Source: an uncultured Solirubrobacteraceae bacterium (GTDB taxonomy: Bacteria; Actinomycetota; Thermoleophilia; Solirubrobacterales; Solirubrobacteraceae). From it: a DNA stretch of 64,000 nucleotides. Positions 1-11,482 of the stretch are shown here, one piece after another. Below the pieces are notes generated by a model that was given only the letters and a program-made list of their open reading frames with translations, had not been told where the DNA came from and did not search any database. The position numbers were made by a program, and so were the translations under genes. The stretch spans positions 98,211 to 162,210 of the forward strand of contig CAVZYW010000004.1 of the NCBI GenBank assembly GCA_963779665.1, in the 5' to 3' direction. Numbering within the stretch: position 1 is the first letter of the stretch; each line of letters opens with the position of its first letter.

Positions 1-3000
1 GGACGCAGCGTCTCAAAGCGCTCCGCTGCCACCGGCCGACCTGCAGCATCGAATCGCAGGAAGTCATGCGGGGTGCGTCCGCCTGGCAGCTGCAGATCTC
101 CGGGCGCCAACCCCACTTGCCCTTCACCGCCACGGCGCGTGGGCGGCGAGAGCACCGATGCCGCCGGGCCGCGCATCCCCACGCAGGAACCGTTTAGGAG
201 TGGTGTGAGCGCCAGTACCCAGCCTGCAACGTGGACGTCGTGGCAAGCCTGTCTCAAGGCGTTCTCGCCGGTGCCTGCGATGCCTGCACCGGACGCGACC
301 ACTGAGCTCGTTCCGTCGCCGAACGCCGCCGCAGAATAGCCGTGGGACTCCAGCATCCCGACGCCGGCAGCGGTGACCGCATAGCACATGGGTATGCCTC
401 CGCCGTCGCGACGATGGAATTGGAAGCGGTCCACCAAGCCCGCGTCAGACAGGCGCTTAAGCCGTCGCTGTGTGGTCGTAACGGAGCGTCCTGAGTTGAA
501 GCGGCGATGCAGCTGACTGGTGAGCACGTGCCGCATGGTTACGATCACCGCGAGCATCTCCACGTCGATACGGTCTGGCTCGAGCGCGCGGGGCGATGCG
601 ATCGGCTTGGCCCGGCGGACGCTGTGGGCGCCATCCAGCTCCACGAGCTCGCGGTAGCTCTCGGCGGGCGTTTGCGCCAAGCTGGTCACGGTAGCTGTGG
701 AGGCGCCTGTGGAGGCACCGCGATCGGCTGCCGCGGGGCGTTGCGACTGGCCGACCATCGCGAGGATCGTCAACGCGAGGTGCCCCGGCGTCACGCTGGG
801 CGCGATCCCAGTGCGGCTGGCGCAGATCGCTGAGATGGCGTGCGCCCCGCGCTCACGCTGGCGGGCAGCGTGCAGCGCCAGGCGCTGCCGGTCGATCGTC
901 AGCGGGATCGTCTCAGCGACGAACGGGGACTGACGCCCCTCCGGGGTGACCCAGCTTGCGATCGCGTGATGCTTGGGCAGGTGCAGTCGGACATCAGGAT
1001 GACCAAGGCTCGACAGCCGCTCGACGCCCGGGCGAACGGTGTCTGAGAACTCAGCCATCGTCAGCGCGACCGCGTCGCGCGCGTCGCGCGCTGAGGCGGT
1101 CGCGAAGTACACGCGGTGGGCGAACAGCGCGTCGAGCTGGTCGCGAACCTCCCGCTCGGTCCACTGCGCGTCGGCCTGCCAGCAGGCGACCGTCTCGAGT
1201 CCCGCTGAGCGCTTCAGCGCCATCGTCTCGGCAAACCCACGGTTGATGACGAGCGGCGCCTCGTCGACCTTGAGCGCGACGGCCACCCTGCTGCTCGGCC
1301 GGCACGAGATCCTGCTGACGCGCAAGCGCTGCGTCGAGCATCCCGACGAGCAGCTGCATCAGCACGGACGTGTTGCCCGCGCCCATCGCGCCGAGCGCGC
1401 CCTTGACGACCAGCACCTGCCGCTCGGCGATCACCCGGTCGAAGTCGACCCTCAGCGAGTCGTTGAGCAGCACTCGCTTGATCGACGACGAGTTGAGCAG
1501 CCGCGCGAGCTTGTTCACCGGCGCGTCGAGCTTGGCGGTGGTGGTACTGCGCGCGTCCGCCAGCTGCGCGGTCAGCTCTGCAGTGAAGAACTCGGAGATC
1601 TCCTTGAACTCAGGCAGCGCCCTGCACGCGCGTACCGACGCTGTTGCGGTACGCGTAGCCCGTCCTCGCCAACCGACAGCAGCCGAGCCGCGTCCCACAG
1701 GGTGCAGTCGACGGTCGTAGGCGAGCACCGCGATGATCGCGTTGCGCAGATAGCGGTCGGAGGAGGCACGGATATCGGCATCCGTGAACAGGTTCTTCAG
1801 CGCCGCGACGACGTAGTCGGCGATCACGTCGGCGGGGGCGTCCACGGCCAGCGGGTTGAAGCCACAGGTGGGGTGTGCAAGGTCGAGCAGCGTGCACGTG
1901 CGCTCGGGTGGCACCGCGCTGAGGGCGGCATCCGCGGCGTCGCCCTTGGGGTCGAGCACGATCACCGCGCAACGCTCGCGGCGGAGATCCTCGGCGACGG
2001 TGGCCACGAGAAAGCTGGACTTGCCCTGCTCGACCGTACCCGGCACCGCCGTGTTCTGCCTGCGCAATGCGACGTGGATCGAGACCGCCCCGCGAGCGTC
2101 GCGCAGCGTGCCCTGACCGTCGGGAACTCGCATCACACCAGGCGGCGCAGGCGCCAGCGGTAGACCGCTGCGCGCAAACGGGACCGTCAGGTAGTCGACT
2201 GACGGCAGCTGCCAGATCGTCGCCAGCTCGCTCGACGCGAACACGCCCTTGTGAAAAGACGGCAGTGGGTTGCCCTCACCGCGCTGTACACGGCCAGCGT
2301 ACAGTCCGAGCAGACCGTGGCGGACAACCGTTCCGCGCTCCACCAGCCGGTTCTCGGCAGCATCCGCCCGCAGCTCGGACGCGATCCGCTCACACACCGC
2401 GCGACTTGCTGCGATCACTCGCAGATCGACGAAGAACAGCGGCTTGTGCTGGATCTCCAGGCCGCCGCGGAGCTCTGCGTCCTCGACCATCGAGCGGTCG
2501 CGCACAATCAGATGCTCTCTGCGCTCACGCGAGAGTCGTGCCTCGTGGCGCTTGTACAGGTGCTTGGCAAATGCCTCGAACAGGACCGGCGTGGGCGTCA
2601 GCGCGATCTGCACGAACGCCGACTCGCCGCATGCCGCCATCACGGTCAACACTCGGTTGATCGTCGGCTCTCGCTCCCCGTCGGAGCGCTCCGGCGTCCT
2701 GATGCGCTTGATGAACTCCGCGTGCTTCTTCAACCGCAGCACGACCGGCGGCACCCCGATCGGCCGACCGTCCAAGCGACAGCCGGCAGTTGGGATAGGC
2801 CGCCTGCAGAGCAGACTCCACCATCCGCTTTGCTCCTGCGGGCAGCTGATCGCCAGCCACGCCGACTGCGAAGCACCGCCCGTGTGGTGCACCTCGAGCG
2901 ACAGCGACGGCTGGCCCAACAGCAGTCGCCGCCACCAACGCCGCAGCAGACGCTTGTGCAGCGCCCCGAACATCGCGACGACCGCCTCGCCGGTCGGCGT

Positions 3001-3404
3001 GATCGCCGCGATATGCCTCCACCCGCAGACGCACATAGCGACGCCGGCGGCGGGCGCGTGCGCGCGCAGCGATCGCAACGATCGAGATCGCCACCACGCG
3101 CAGCGGCGCCAACAGCTTCACGGCGTCCACTCCGGGCGCCGGCGTCCAAGCTCCAGACCGCTACAGCCGGATGCTGGAGCCGGGCGGTGCGCGACCGGGG
3201 GCAACGTGCAAGGACACCGGCGTCGTGCTCGCCTGCGCAGCACCCTGCCCGGGCCCGCCGCCGAGGAACCACGCGATGACCGCACAAGCCCGCGATGATC
3301 GCAAGCAGACCCAGCAGCCGCCACAGCAGGAAGCGAAGCACCTGGCTGCTTCTCCGACGGGCGGCGCGAAACGGGACGACGCGCCGGCGACAGCGCCGAG
3401 TCAT
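1..3404 (-). CDS. VirD4/TraD-like coupling ATPase with C-terminal replication-relaxation (wHTH + PD-(D/E)XK-like) domain; several frameshifts; runs off window edge
   Basis: N-terminal hydrophobic segments, Walker A GTVEQGKS, VIVLDPKGD, Walker B VALKVDEAP. The frame is open from ~1290 to base 1 and reaches HVLTSQLHRRF..TTQRRLKRLSDAGLVDRF (wHTH), HDVHVAGW and FETLRP. Start uncertain. Confidence 0.7.
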
Positions 3405-3466
3405 CGGCGCTCGTCCAGCAGCCCCGCGCAGCCCGAGCACGCCGCTGTGCGGCTCCGTCTATGCGT

Positions 3467-4454
3467 TCAACGCGGCCGAGTGGCTCGCTCCACCTGCGCG
3501 CCACGCGCCGTCAGATGCCACGCGTTCGCTGCTCCCTTCTCCTGCCCCTCGCCGAGGTTCTCCACGAGCTTCAACCGCGCGAGCCGGTTCAGCAGCTTGG
3601 AGATCTGGCCCTGGTCGACGATGCCCGAGCCTTCGGCGATCTCGCGGTTGCTCGCGCCGGGATGCTCGGCGATGACCATCAGCACCCGCACCGTCCGGTA
3701 GGTCAGGCGCATGTTCAGGCCTTCCAGCGGGTCCTTGTGGCGCGCCAGCGATCGCGAGCGCCCCACCACGCTCGGAACCTCCAGCGGCGGCCTGCTGAGT
3801 TCCTTGCCGGCGGCCCTCGCCCCCAGGTACGGGAGCACGATCATGCTCATCAGCGAGCCGAGCAGATCTGTGAGCGGCTCCTCCCCGTGCTCGAGCACGC
3901 GCGTGTGCAGCACCGCAAAGATCGCGCCCACCACACCTTCGGCCGTGACCTCGGGTGGTTCGCGGGTCGCGTTGGTGACTCCGCGTCCGCGATCGATCAC
4001 CTCGGCCAGTTCATCGAGCACCTTCCCGCGCCGGTCGAGCACCCGCTCGCCGGCGCCGAGCGCCTCGACGATGCACAGCTTGGCGAGGCCCGGCTCTTCG
4101 TCCATGAACAGCAGCAGCCGCGCCAGCGCCGCGCGAACGCCGTCGCGCCAGCTGGGCTCGCGCTCGTAGGCCTCCTGCGCGATCAGCCTGCGCCTGACCC
4201 AGCGCCTGCTCAAATGCCGCCAGGAAGCAGTCCTCGCGATCGGTGAACACGTCGTAGAAGGTCTTGCGCGACACCCGCGCCCGGCTGATCACCTGCGCGA
4301 CGGTCATCCGCGCGTAGCCAACGTCCTCGACCGCCTCGACCGCCGCCGCGAGCATGCGGCTGCGCTGGATCTGCGTCACCTGTCCGCGCGGCAAACCCCC
4401 AGGACCCGGGCGCAACCGCGGTGTCGCCGCGCGTGTCTTGTACATAACAGTCAT
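3467..4454 (-). CDS. TetR-family regulator with a C-terminal second (MarR-like) winged HTH; frameshift near 4200
   Basis: TetR HTH GYARMTVAQVISRARVSRKTFY in ORF 4011-4502; continues in ORF 3467-4213 to HPGASNREIAEGSGIVDQGQISKLLNRL. Confidence 0.8.
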
Positions 4455-4919
4455 GTCTACCCCGCTTAGTCGTCTGTTTCGCCAGTAATAGTGAACAGTC
4501 AAGTCTGCTCAAGCCACGGCATCCCGTGGTACGCCGCATGCGAGCAGGCGCATCGCCCACTCATGCGCTATACAGGAGATTCCCGGGTCTAGACCCTTAA
4601 GTCGAGGCGCGTCTCTGACTTTTTTCCCGCTGGTTCGAATACCCTTCCGTAGATTCAACCGGGGTTGACCCCGCCGACCCAGCCCAGACTCTTCTCCCGA
4701 AGGGAGCGCTCAGGAGTCCATTATCCAGAAAGTATCCAACTTCGGGCAAAGAGTATCCTGTCACAGGACATCATGCAGTCGACGAGAAGCCGTGGCACGC
4801 TGACGCCAGAGACTGCCCCAGCATCACCGGCCCGAACCTGGCATCGGCATGCCGAGCGAGCCTTGCTTGTTGGAGCAAGCGTCCTACGACGTGCGGCGAC
4901 TGAGGAGAGTTCTGGCGAG

Positions 4920-4992
4920 TACCGCTACCGGGATTCGAACCCGGGTTTCCGCCATGAGAGGGCGGCGTCCTAGTCCCCTGGACGATAGCGGC
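4920..4992 (-). tRNA. tRNA-Glu(CTC)
   Basis: GCCGCTA acceptor stem, anticodon arm CCGCC-ctCTCat-GGCGG, T arm GGTTCGAATCC; CCA not encoded. Confidence 0.95.
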
Positions 4993-5123
4993 GCGAAATC
5001 GACGGCCCCGAGGCTAGCAAAGCGCCCGCAACGCGGTCCTCCCGGTGCTCCTCATGCGGGCGCGTCGCGGGGCGGCCGCGTGCCCGCCTGCCGCGGCCCT
5101 CTGCGATATCTTCGCATCCGCAC

Positions 5124-5207
5124 GCGGATGTGGCGGAATTGGTAGACGCGCACGGTTCAGGTCCGTGTCGGGGCAACCCGGTGGAGGTTCGAGTCCTCTC
5201 ATCCGCA
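5124..5207 (+). tRNA. tRNA-Leu(CAG)
   Basis: GCGGATG..TGGCGGAATTGGTAGACGCG, anticodon arm CACGG-ttCAGgt-CCGTG, long variable arm, GTTCGAGTCC. Confidence 0.95.
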
Positions 5208-5395
5208 TCGGGAGTGCCCGCAAGCTCGCGGTTTTCAGACCCTCGCCGGTTCGCCCAGATGGACTTTCCGAGCTCAAGGCCATTGCCGACGAACCGAAAA
5301 GCCAGTGTGGAGGCTGCTACCAGCCAGCGGACGGCCAACCCGGCCGACAGCGCCAGCGCTCTGGGGGGCAACGCCAACGCCGACGCCAACGCGCG

Positions 5396-6599
5396 GTGGT
5401 GCGCGTGGCGCGACAGCCGATCCTGGACATCGACGCGCGCCTGATCGGCTACGAGCTGCTGTTTCGCGAACCGCCGGCGACGAGACAGCAGAGATCGTTC
5501 GACGACCGAGCGGCGACGGCCACCGTGATCGTCGACGGGTTGCTCGACGTCGGACTGCTCGACCTCGTCGGCGATGGCCTGGCGTACGTGAACGTCTCGC
5601 GAGATTTCCTGCTCAGCGTACGTCCGTTGCCGCTACCGGCAGCGAATGTCGTGCTCGAGCTGCTCGAGGACCAGATCGTGGACGAGGCGCTCCTGGAGGT
5701 TCTGGCGGAGCTGGTCGAGAAGGGCTTCACGATCGCGCTCGACGACTTTCGCTTCACATCCGCCACCGAGCAGCTACTGCCGTACGCGCAGCATCGTCAA
5801 GGTCGACGTGCTCGAGCACACCGGTCCTGACCTGGAGGATCTGGTAGCCCGCCTGCGCGCACAGCGCCCATCCCTCACTTTGCTCGCCGAGAAGGTCGAG
5901 ACGCAGGAGGAATTCGAGCATTGCCGCGAGCTCGCGTTCCAGAGCTTCCAGGGTTACTTCTTTGCGAAGCCGTCGCTCGTGCAGCAACACCGTCTGCCGT
6001 CACAGGGCCTCACTGCGCTTGGTGCGATGGCCGAGCTAACCGCAACCGAAGACTTCGACGAGCTGCATCGCATCATCACGCGTGATGTCGGCCTGAGCAT
6101 GCGCCTGCTGCGCTATGCCAATTCGGCGTATGTGGCCCTGCCCCGACGCGTCGGCTCGGTCCAGGAGGGACTCGCCTGGCTCGGCGCGATCACCGTGCGC
6201 CGCTTCGCGCTGATGGCTGCGCTCGCCAGCGCTCGCGACGTACCCGATGTGCTGCTGGTGACAGCGCTCGTGCGTGCCCGCATGTGCCAGTTGCTCTCCG
6301 GCGCCGGCGAAGCCAAGGCCGAAGACTCGTATTTCACGGTCGGCCTGTTCTCGGTCGCCGACGCACTCGCCAACGCGCCGATGCAAGAGGTGATCGATCA
6401 ACTTCCGTTCCGCGATGACATCGCCGCGGCGCTCCTGCGCGGCAGCGGTGAGCTCGGTGAGCTGCTCGCCGAAGTCATGGCATACGAGCGCGGCGACTTC
6501 GATGCCAGCAGCGAGCTGATCGCTCGCCACCCCGACATCGAGCAGATCTACCGCGACGCGACCAAGTGGGCCGACATCGGCGTCACCGAGCGCGCATGA
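5396..6599 (+). CDS. EAL + HDOD domain protein (YuxH/PdeH-like); frameshift near 5790; start may be ~5307
   Basis: VARQPILD..GYELLFR, IALDDF, AEKVET, FQGYFF; HDOD segment DVGLSMRLLRYANSA..VGLFS. Confidence 0.85.
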
Positions 6600-6760
6600 C
6601 TGCCCGACGGCGCAACGGCCATTCCAGCGCCGCGCCGATCGAAGCGCTACATCGCGCCCGAAAGGACGACTGGGTCAGCATCTGAACAGCGGTAAGCAAC
6701 CGCCGGCGCAGTGGCCGGCGGTCGCTCGAAAGCCGCTATCAAAGGCGAAGGCTAGTTCGC

Positions 6761-7183
6761 TTAGTGCTCGTTGCTACGACGCTGACGTCGCTGCATCGCC
6801 AGGATCGAGAAGCCCGCACCCAGCAGTACGACGCCAAAGCCGATGTCCCATCGCAGGTCGAAACCCGTGAACGGAAGCGTTGTGGCTGTCGTGGTAGGAG
6901 TGGTAGCTGTGTTCGTCGGCGCCGTTTCGTTGGTCGGGGTCGACGTCGCCGGCTTTTCTTCTTCTTTGGACGGCAACGTGCCGGTCTTCGGCGTCGTGGT
7001 CGTAGCCGGCTTGTTCGGTGTCTGGGCGTAGCCTTCAGTGGCCGCCAGAGCTGTGCTCGGCACCATGACCGCCAGCGCCAGCGCAAGCGCCACCGGTAGG
7101 GCGCGCAGCCCGCGCAAGATCCTTGATGGTGCTGCGCTTACATCCAGTGGCCTGCTCGAGGCCATGACATCGGTCCGAGTCAT
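6761..7183 (-). CDS. Small secreted Thr/Pro-rich protein with LPxTG-type sorting signal
   Basis: GGGAGG RBS, signal-like LALALAVMVPSTALAA, LPFTG followed by a TM helix and basic tail QRRQRR. Confidence 0.75.
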   Translation of the reverse strand: MTRTDVMASSRPLDVSAAPSRILRGLRALPVALALALAVMVPSTALAATEGYAQTPNKPATTTTPKTGTLPSKEEEKPATSTPTNETAPTNTATTPTTTATTLPFTGFDLRWDIGFGVVLLGAGFSILAMQRRQRRSNEH

Positions 7184-7397
7184 GCCGACCTCCCATTGTT
7201 GATGAGTTGAGCGTTGCAGCCCTGCTCTAGGGCCTCTTTCCGTGCTTGTTCTATCCGTTCTCTGTGGCAAGGCATCGTCTCTGGTTCGCCATTTGTAGGC
7301 AGTCGCCTGCCTCCCATTCTCCAAGGTCTATCAGCTATCGCGGCCGCCGCATACTCTCGCATACCCACTCTCCGTCCTCGTGACACGGCCAAACCCG

Positions 7398-9067
7398 TCA
7401 TTCGAGCAGCACACGACCCTCGAGCGTGCCCTCCGCGAGCCTCCCCCGCAGCACCTTCTTGTCGAACTTGCCGACGCTCGTCTTGGGGATCTCCTCGATG
7501 AACGCGAACTCGTCGGGAAGCCACCACTTGGCGACCCTGCCGCTGAGATGCTCCACCAGCTCCTGCGGGCTTGCAGCGTTGGGCTCGCGCAACACCACGC
7601 AGCAGAGCGGCCGCTCCGCCCAGCGCTCATCGGGCTTGGCGATCACAGCGGCCTCGATGACATCCGGATGCGACATCAGCTCGTTCTCGAGCTCGACCGA
7701 GGAGATCCACTCGCCACCGGACTTGATCACGTCCTTGGCCCGATCGGTGATCTGCACGAACGCCTGCTCGTCCACCGCGGCGATGTCGCCGGTGCGCAGC
7801 CAGCCGGCATCGAACTTCTCATCGCCGGAGTCGTCGCGGAAGTAGCCGGCGGCAATCCACGGACCGCGAACCTCGATCTCGCCCGTTGACTCGCCGTCCC
7901 AGGGGACCTCACCGCCGTCGTCGTCCACCAGGCGCAGCTCGACCCACGGCAAGGGTCTGCCCTGCCGCGCCCGGTCGTCCCAGTAGGCGTCGATCGTGCG
8001 ACACCCTCCCGCGGACGTGCGTAGGTCGCCACCGGGCTTGTCTCGGTCATGCCCCAGGCCTGGAAGATGCGCACGCCATGACGCTCTTCGAAATCCTTCA
8101 TCAACGATCGCGGCACCGCCGAGCCCCCGCAGGCCGCGTTCGTGAGCGAGGACAGGTCCACGTCGCTGTGCTCGTCGGCGTAGCGGAGCACGTCGGCGAA
8201 GATCGTCGGCACGCAGCCCATCTGCGTGGGACGCTCCGCCGCGATCAGCTTCGTCAGATGCTCGGCCGCCAGGAAGCGGTCCGGCAGGATCAGATCCGCT
8301 CCCGCGAGCGCCGCGCCATATGGCAGCCCCCACGCGTTGGCGTGAAACATCGGCACCACCGCCAGCACCCGGTCCGCGCGCGACAGCCCGTTTGCATCGG
8401 TCATCAACGTCGCCGACGAGTGCAGGCTGATCGAGCGGTGCGAGTACAGAACGCCCTTGGGGTTGCCGGTCGTGCCGCTGGTGTAGCAGAGCGCAGCAGC
8501 CTGACGCTCGTCCAGCTCCGGGTAGTCGAACGCCTGTGGGGAGCCGGAGCCGGCCTGCTCCAGCAGCTCCTCGTAGCGCAATGCACTAGGCAGCTTCTCA
8601 ATGTCGGGTACATCGGCGCCGCTGTCGGCCATGACCACGTAGTGCGCGACGCCCTCGAACGTGGGCACGAGCTTCGCCAGGGCCGCCACCAGCGAGCCGT
8701 CGACGAAGATCACCTTGTCTTCGGCGTGGTTGACGATGTAGGTCAGCTGCTCCTCGAACAGGCGGATGTTGAGCGTGTGCAGAACCGCCCCCATGCACGG
8801 CACGGCGAAGTACAGCTCGAAGTGACGTTGGTTGTTCCAGGCGAACGTGGCCACGCGGTCGCCGGGCTGCACGCCAAGGCCGGCGAGCGCCCGTGCGAGC
8901 AGGTCGATGCGCTCGGACAGCTCCGCGTGCGCCGCACGCTGGACCGAGCCGTCGTCCAGCAAGGTAACGACCTCCGCGCCTTGGTTGCACGTGCCCAACC
9001 TCCGCCGAATGTGGTTTAGCGTGAGCGGGAAATCGTTCTGCATCAAGCTCTCCAGCATCTGGCTCAT
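7398..9067 (-). CDS. Fatty-acid--CoA ligase (AlkK/FadD-like); frameshift near 8000
   Basis: YTSGTTGNPKG, QAWGMTETSP, WLRTGDIA, DRAKDVIKSGGEWISS, PKTSVGKFDKK. Confidence 0.9.
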
Positions 9068-10284
9068 CCTCTCCTGATCTCCTCCTGCGGCGCAAGCTCC
9101 AGGAGCTCATCGTAGATGCCGCGGGTGCGCTGCGCGATGTCATCCCAGTCGAAGCGCAGCACGTGCTCGGAGGCCTGTGTCACGAGACGGTCGCGCAGCT
9201 CGCCGTCGATCAGCAGCCGTTCGATCATCACGCCGAGATGCTCGGCATCGCCGCCGTTGAAGCGCAGTCCCACGCGCTCACCCACGGGCACCACCTCGCG
9301 CAGACCGCCGGTGTCCGCCACGATGCACGGGCACCCTGACGCCATCGCCTCAAGCGCCACCAAGCCAAACGGCTCATAGATCGATGGGACCACGCACAGA
9401 TCGGCTATCCGATAGAGCGAGTGCAACACGTCATCGCCGATCCAGCCTAGGAAGGTTCCGTGGCCGCTGAGTCCCAACCGCTGCGCCTGCTCCTTCAGAT
9501 CTGCCTCGTAGGTGCCGCTGCCGGCCACCAGGAAGCGCACGTCGCCGACCCGCTCGATCACCTCCGGGAGCGCGTCGAGTGCAAGCTGAAAGCCCTTCTC
9601 GTAGACCAGCCGCCCGACCAGCAGCACCAGTCGCTCGTGCGGCGCGGCGAACTCCGCTCGCAGCCTGCTCAGATCGCCCGTCGGTCGCAGTTCGCTCGGA
9701 TCCACCCCGTTGGGGATGACCGCCACCCGCCGCTCCTGCAGGTCGAAGATGTCAGCGACGTGACCACGCATGTAGTAGGAGCAGACGATCACCGCGTCGG
9801 CGCGGCGAGCCATCCGCCGCTCGACCGCGTGAATATGCGACTGCGGCGGCTCAGCCACCCAGCCCTGGTGGCGACCGTGCTCAGTGGCATGGATGGTCGT
9901 GACGTAGGGCACGCCGAGCCTGTCCGCCAGCGCCGCGGAGGCCCGCCCGACAAGCCAGTCGTGACCATGCACGAGGTCGTAGGAATGCTCCTGTGCGAGC
10001 GCGATCCCCGCCGCGAGCATGTCGTCGTTCATCTGCTCGACCCAGGCCACAAACCGATCGAGGTCCCGAGGCCAGCCCGGCTCCGGGACGCGATGAACGT
10101 TCACGCCACCCTCCTGCACACCATTGCGCTCGATATCCGGCTGGGGGCCGACGCCGCGGGTGAGAACGTCCACGCACATGCCCTGCCGGACCAGCGCCTC
10201 CGCGAGCTTGCGCACGTGCCGGGCCAGGCCGCCCTCGATCACAGGCGGGTACTCCCAGGAGAGGATGAGCACGCGGTTGCTCAT
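9064..10284 (-). CDS. Glycosyltransferase family 4
   Basis: SWEYPP, HGHDW, GRLVYEKG, YEPFGLVALEAMA. Confidence 0.9.
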   Translation of the reverse strand: MSNRVLILSWEYPPVIEGGLARHVRKLAEALVRQGMCVDVLTRGVGPQPDIERNGVQEGGVNVHRVPEPGWPRDLDRFVAWVEQMNDDMLAAGIALAQEHSYDLVHGHDWLVGRASAALADRLGVPYVTTIHATEHGRHQGWVAEPPQSHIHAVERRMARRADAVIVCSYYMRGHVADIFDLQERRVAVIPNGVDPSELRPTGDLSRLRAEFAAPHERLVLLVGRLVYEKGFQLALDALPEVIERVGDVRFLVAGSGTYEADLKEQAQRLGLSGHGTFLGWIGDDVLHSLYRIADLCVVPSIYEPFGLVALEAMASGCPCIVADTGGLREVVPVGERVGLRFNGGDAEHLGVMIERLLIDGELRDRLVTQASEHVLRFDWDDIAQRTRGIYDELLELAPQEEIRRG

Positions 10285-10386
10285 TCAAGAGACCCTATAT
10301 GCCTGCGTCCGCACAGCTTGTCCCAACGATGTCAGGCCTGCTCCGCGCGCGTACGCCGGCCGCGCCGAGCCGAAAGCAGGCGCGCA

Positions 10387-10638
10387 TCAGATTCCAATCA
10401 GCCCGAGCTCGTCGAAGCGTCGTGCCGCGTCGGACGCCCATACATCCGCGCCGTCGAGACACACCAAGCCCGCGTCCGACAGCCGTTCCAGCGCCGCCGC
10501 GAATGCCTGCGCGTCGGCGTTCAGCTCGCCCGCAAGCTGCTCCCGCGGGGAGCGCCGTCCATCCTCCGCGCTCAGCAGCGCCAGGACGATCGACCGTTCG
10601 AGCCGTCGACTGCCGGCCGCTGGCATTTGCTCTGTCAT
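10387..10638 (-). CDS. Small hypothetical winged-helix-like protein
   Basis: EQLAGELN..AALERLSDAGLV pattern. Confidence 0.55.
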   Translation of the reverse strand: MTEQMPAAGSRRLERSIVLALLSAEDGRRSPREQLAGELNADAQAFAAALERLSDAGLVCLDGADVWASDAARRFDELGLIGI

Positions 10639-10841
10639 GACAGCATTGTGTCTGGTCCGGGCGCCGCTGGTGTGCGAGACGTCGAGCGGCGCTCCGCAGC
10701 GCTGCCCGATCGAGTCCGCGTGGCCGTCGGTGACAAGCCTCATCGACAGCATCGCGGAAGTACTCTCCAGCCCGTTCCTGCCCTATGCAGCGAGGGCGAT
10801 CGCCAGGGCGTTGTTCGCCATCCGAGCGCCCGTGGTCCTGG

Positions 10842-11435
10842 TCAGCCCGCCGACAGGCTCCTCAGCCGAGCGGCGGCATCCTCGAGACGATCGTCGCCCC
10901 AGAAGGGCTCACCGTCGATCGTGATCGTCGGCACGCCGATCACGCCCAACTCGTGAGCTGCGTCGGTGGCCGCTCGCAGAGCCTGCTTGATCTGCGGATC
11001 CTGTGTCGCGATCTCGACATCTCGGCGATCAAGGCCCACGGCCTGCGCCACGTCGAGCACGTTGGCTGGAATGCTCAGGTCACGTCCAAGTAGAAACGCG
11101 TCGCGGAAGGCCTGCAACGTGAACTCGCGCCCGCGCTGCCCAGCGAACGCAAACGTGGCGGCACGCATCGCCATCAGGTAGTTGCCGGGCCACGGGTCCG
11201 GCCAGCGGATCGAAGGTAGCCGGTAGCCACGGGCACGATGTTCGATCTCAGCCATTCCGGCTTGTCTGAGGTTATGGTCGGCGAGCGCCCAAGAGCTTCT
11301 TCCGGTCAGCTTGAACAGCGCGCCCAGCGACACGGGCTGCCAGACGATCGGCTCCTGCAGAACGAGTGGCAGGCGCTCGGCGGCAAGGTAGGCGTACGGC
11401 GATCCAAGGTCGAAGTAGAACGTCACCTGCGGCAT
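10842..11435 (-). CDS. 2-hydroxychromene-2-carboxylate isomerase / DsbA-like (GST kappa) family
   Basis: FYFDLGSPYAYLA; GVIGVPTITIDGEPFWGDDRL. Confidence 0.9.
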   Translation of the reverse strand: MPQVTFYFDLGSPYAYLAAERLPLVLQEPIVWQPVSLGALFKLTGRSSWALADHNLRQAGMAEIEHRARGYRLPSIRWPDPWPGNYLMAMRAATFAFAGQRGREFTLQAFRDAFLLGRDLSIPANVLDVAQAVGLDRRDVEIATQDPQIKQALRAATDAAHELGVIGVPTITIDGEPFWGDDRLEDAAARLRSLSAG

Positions 11436-11453
11436 CGGGCTGTCTCCAGAATG

Positions 11454-11479
11454 CGTTCGCTAAAATGAACGATACGTTC
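11454..11479. promoter_or_regulatory. Probable operator between the divergent DsbA-like and XRE genes
   Basis: Inverted repeat CGTTC-GCTAAAAT-GAACG overlapping a second, GAACG-ATA-CGTTC, in a ~47-bp divergent gap. Confidence 0.45.
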
Positions 11480-11482
11480 CTT

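Noticed and set aside
7184-7397. c-di-GMP riboswitch upstream of the LPFTG gene, prompted by the neighbouring EAL gene
   Set aside because: I could not match the GEMM consensus or its paired stems.
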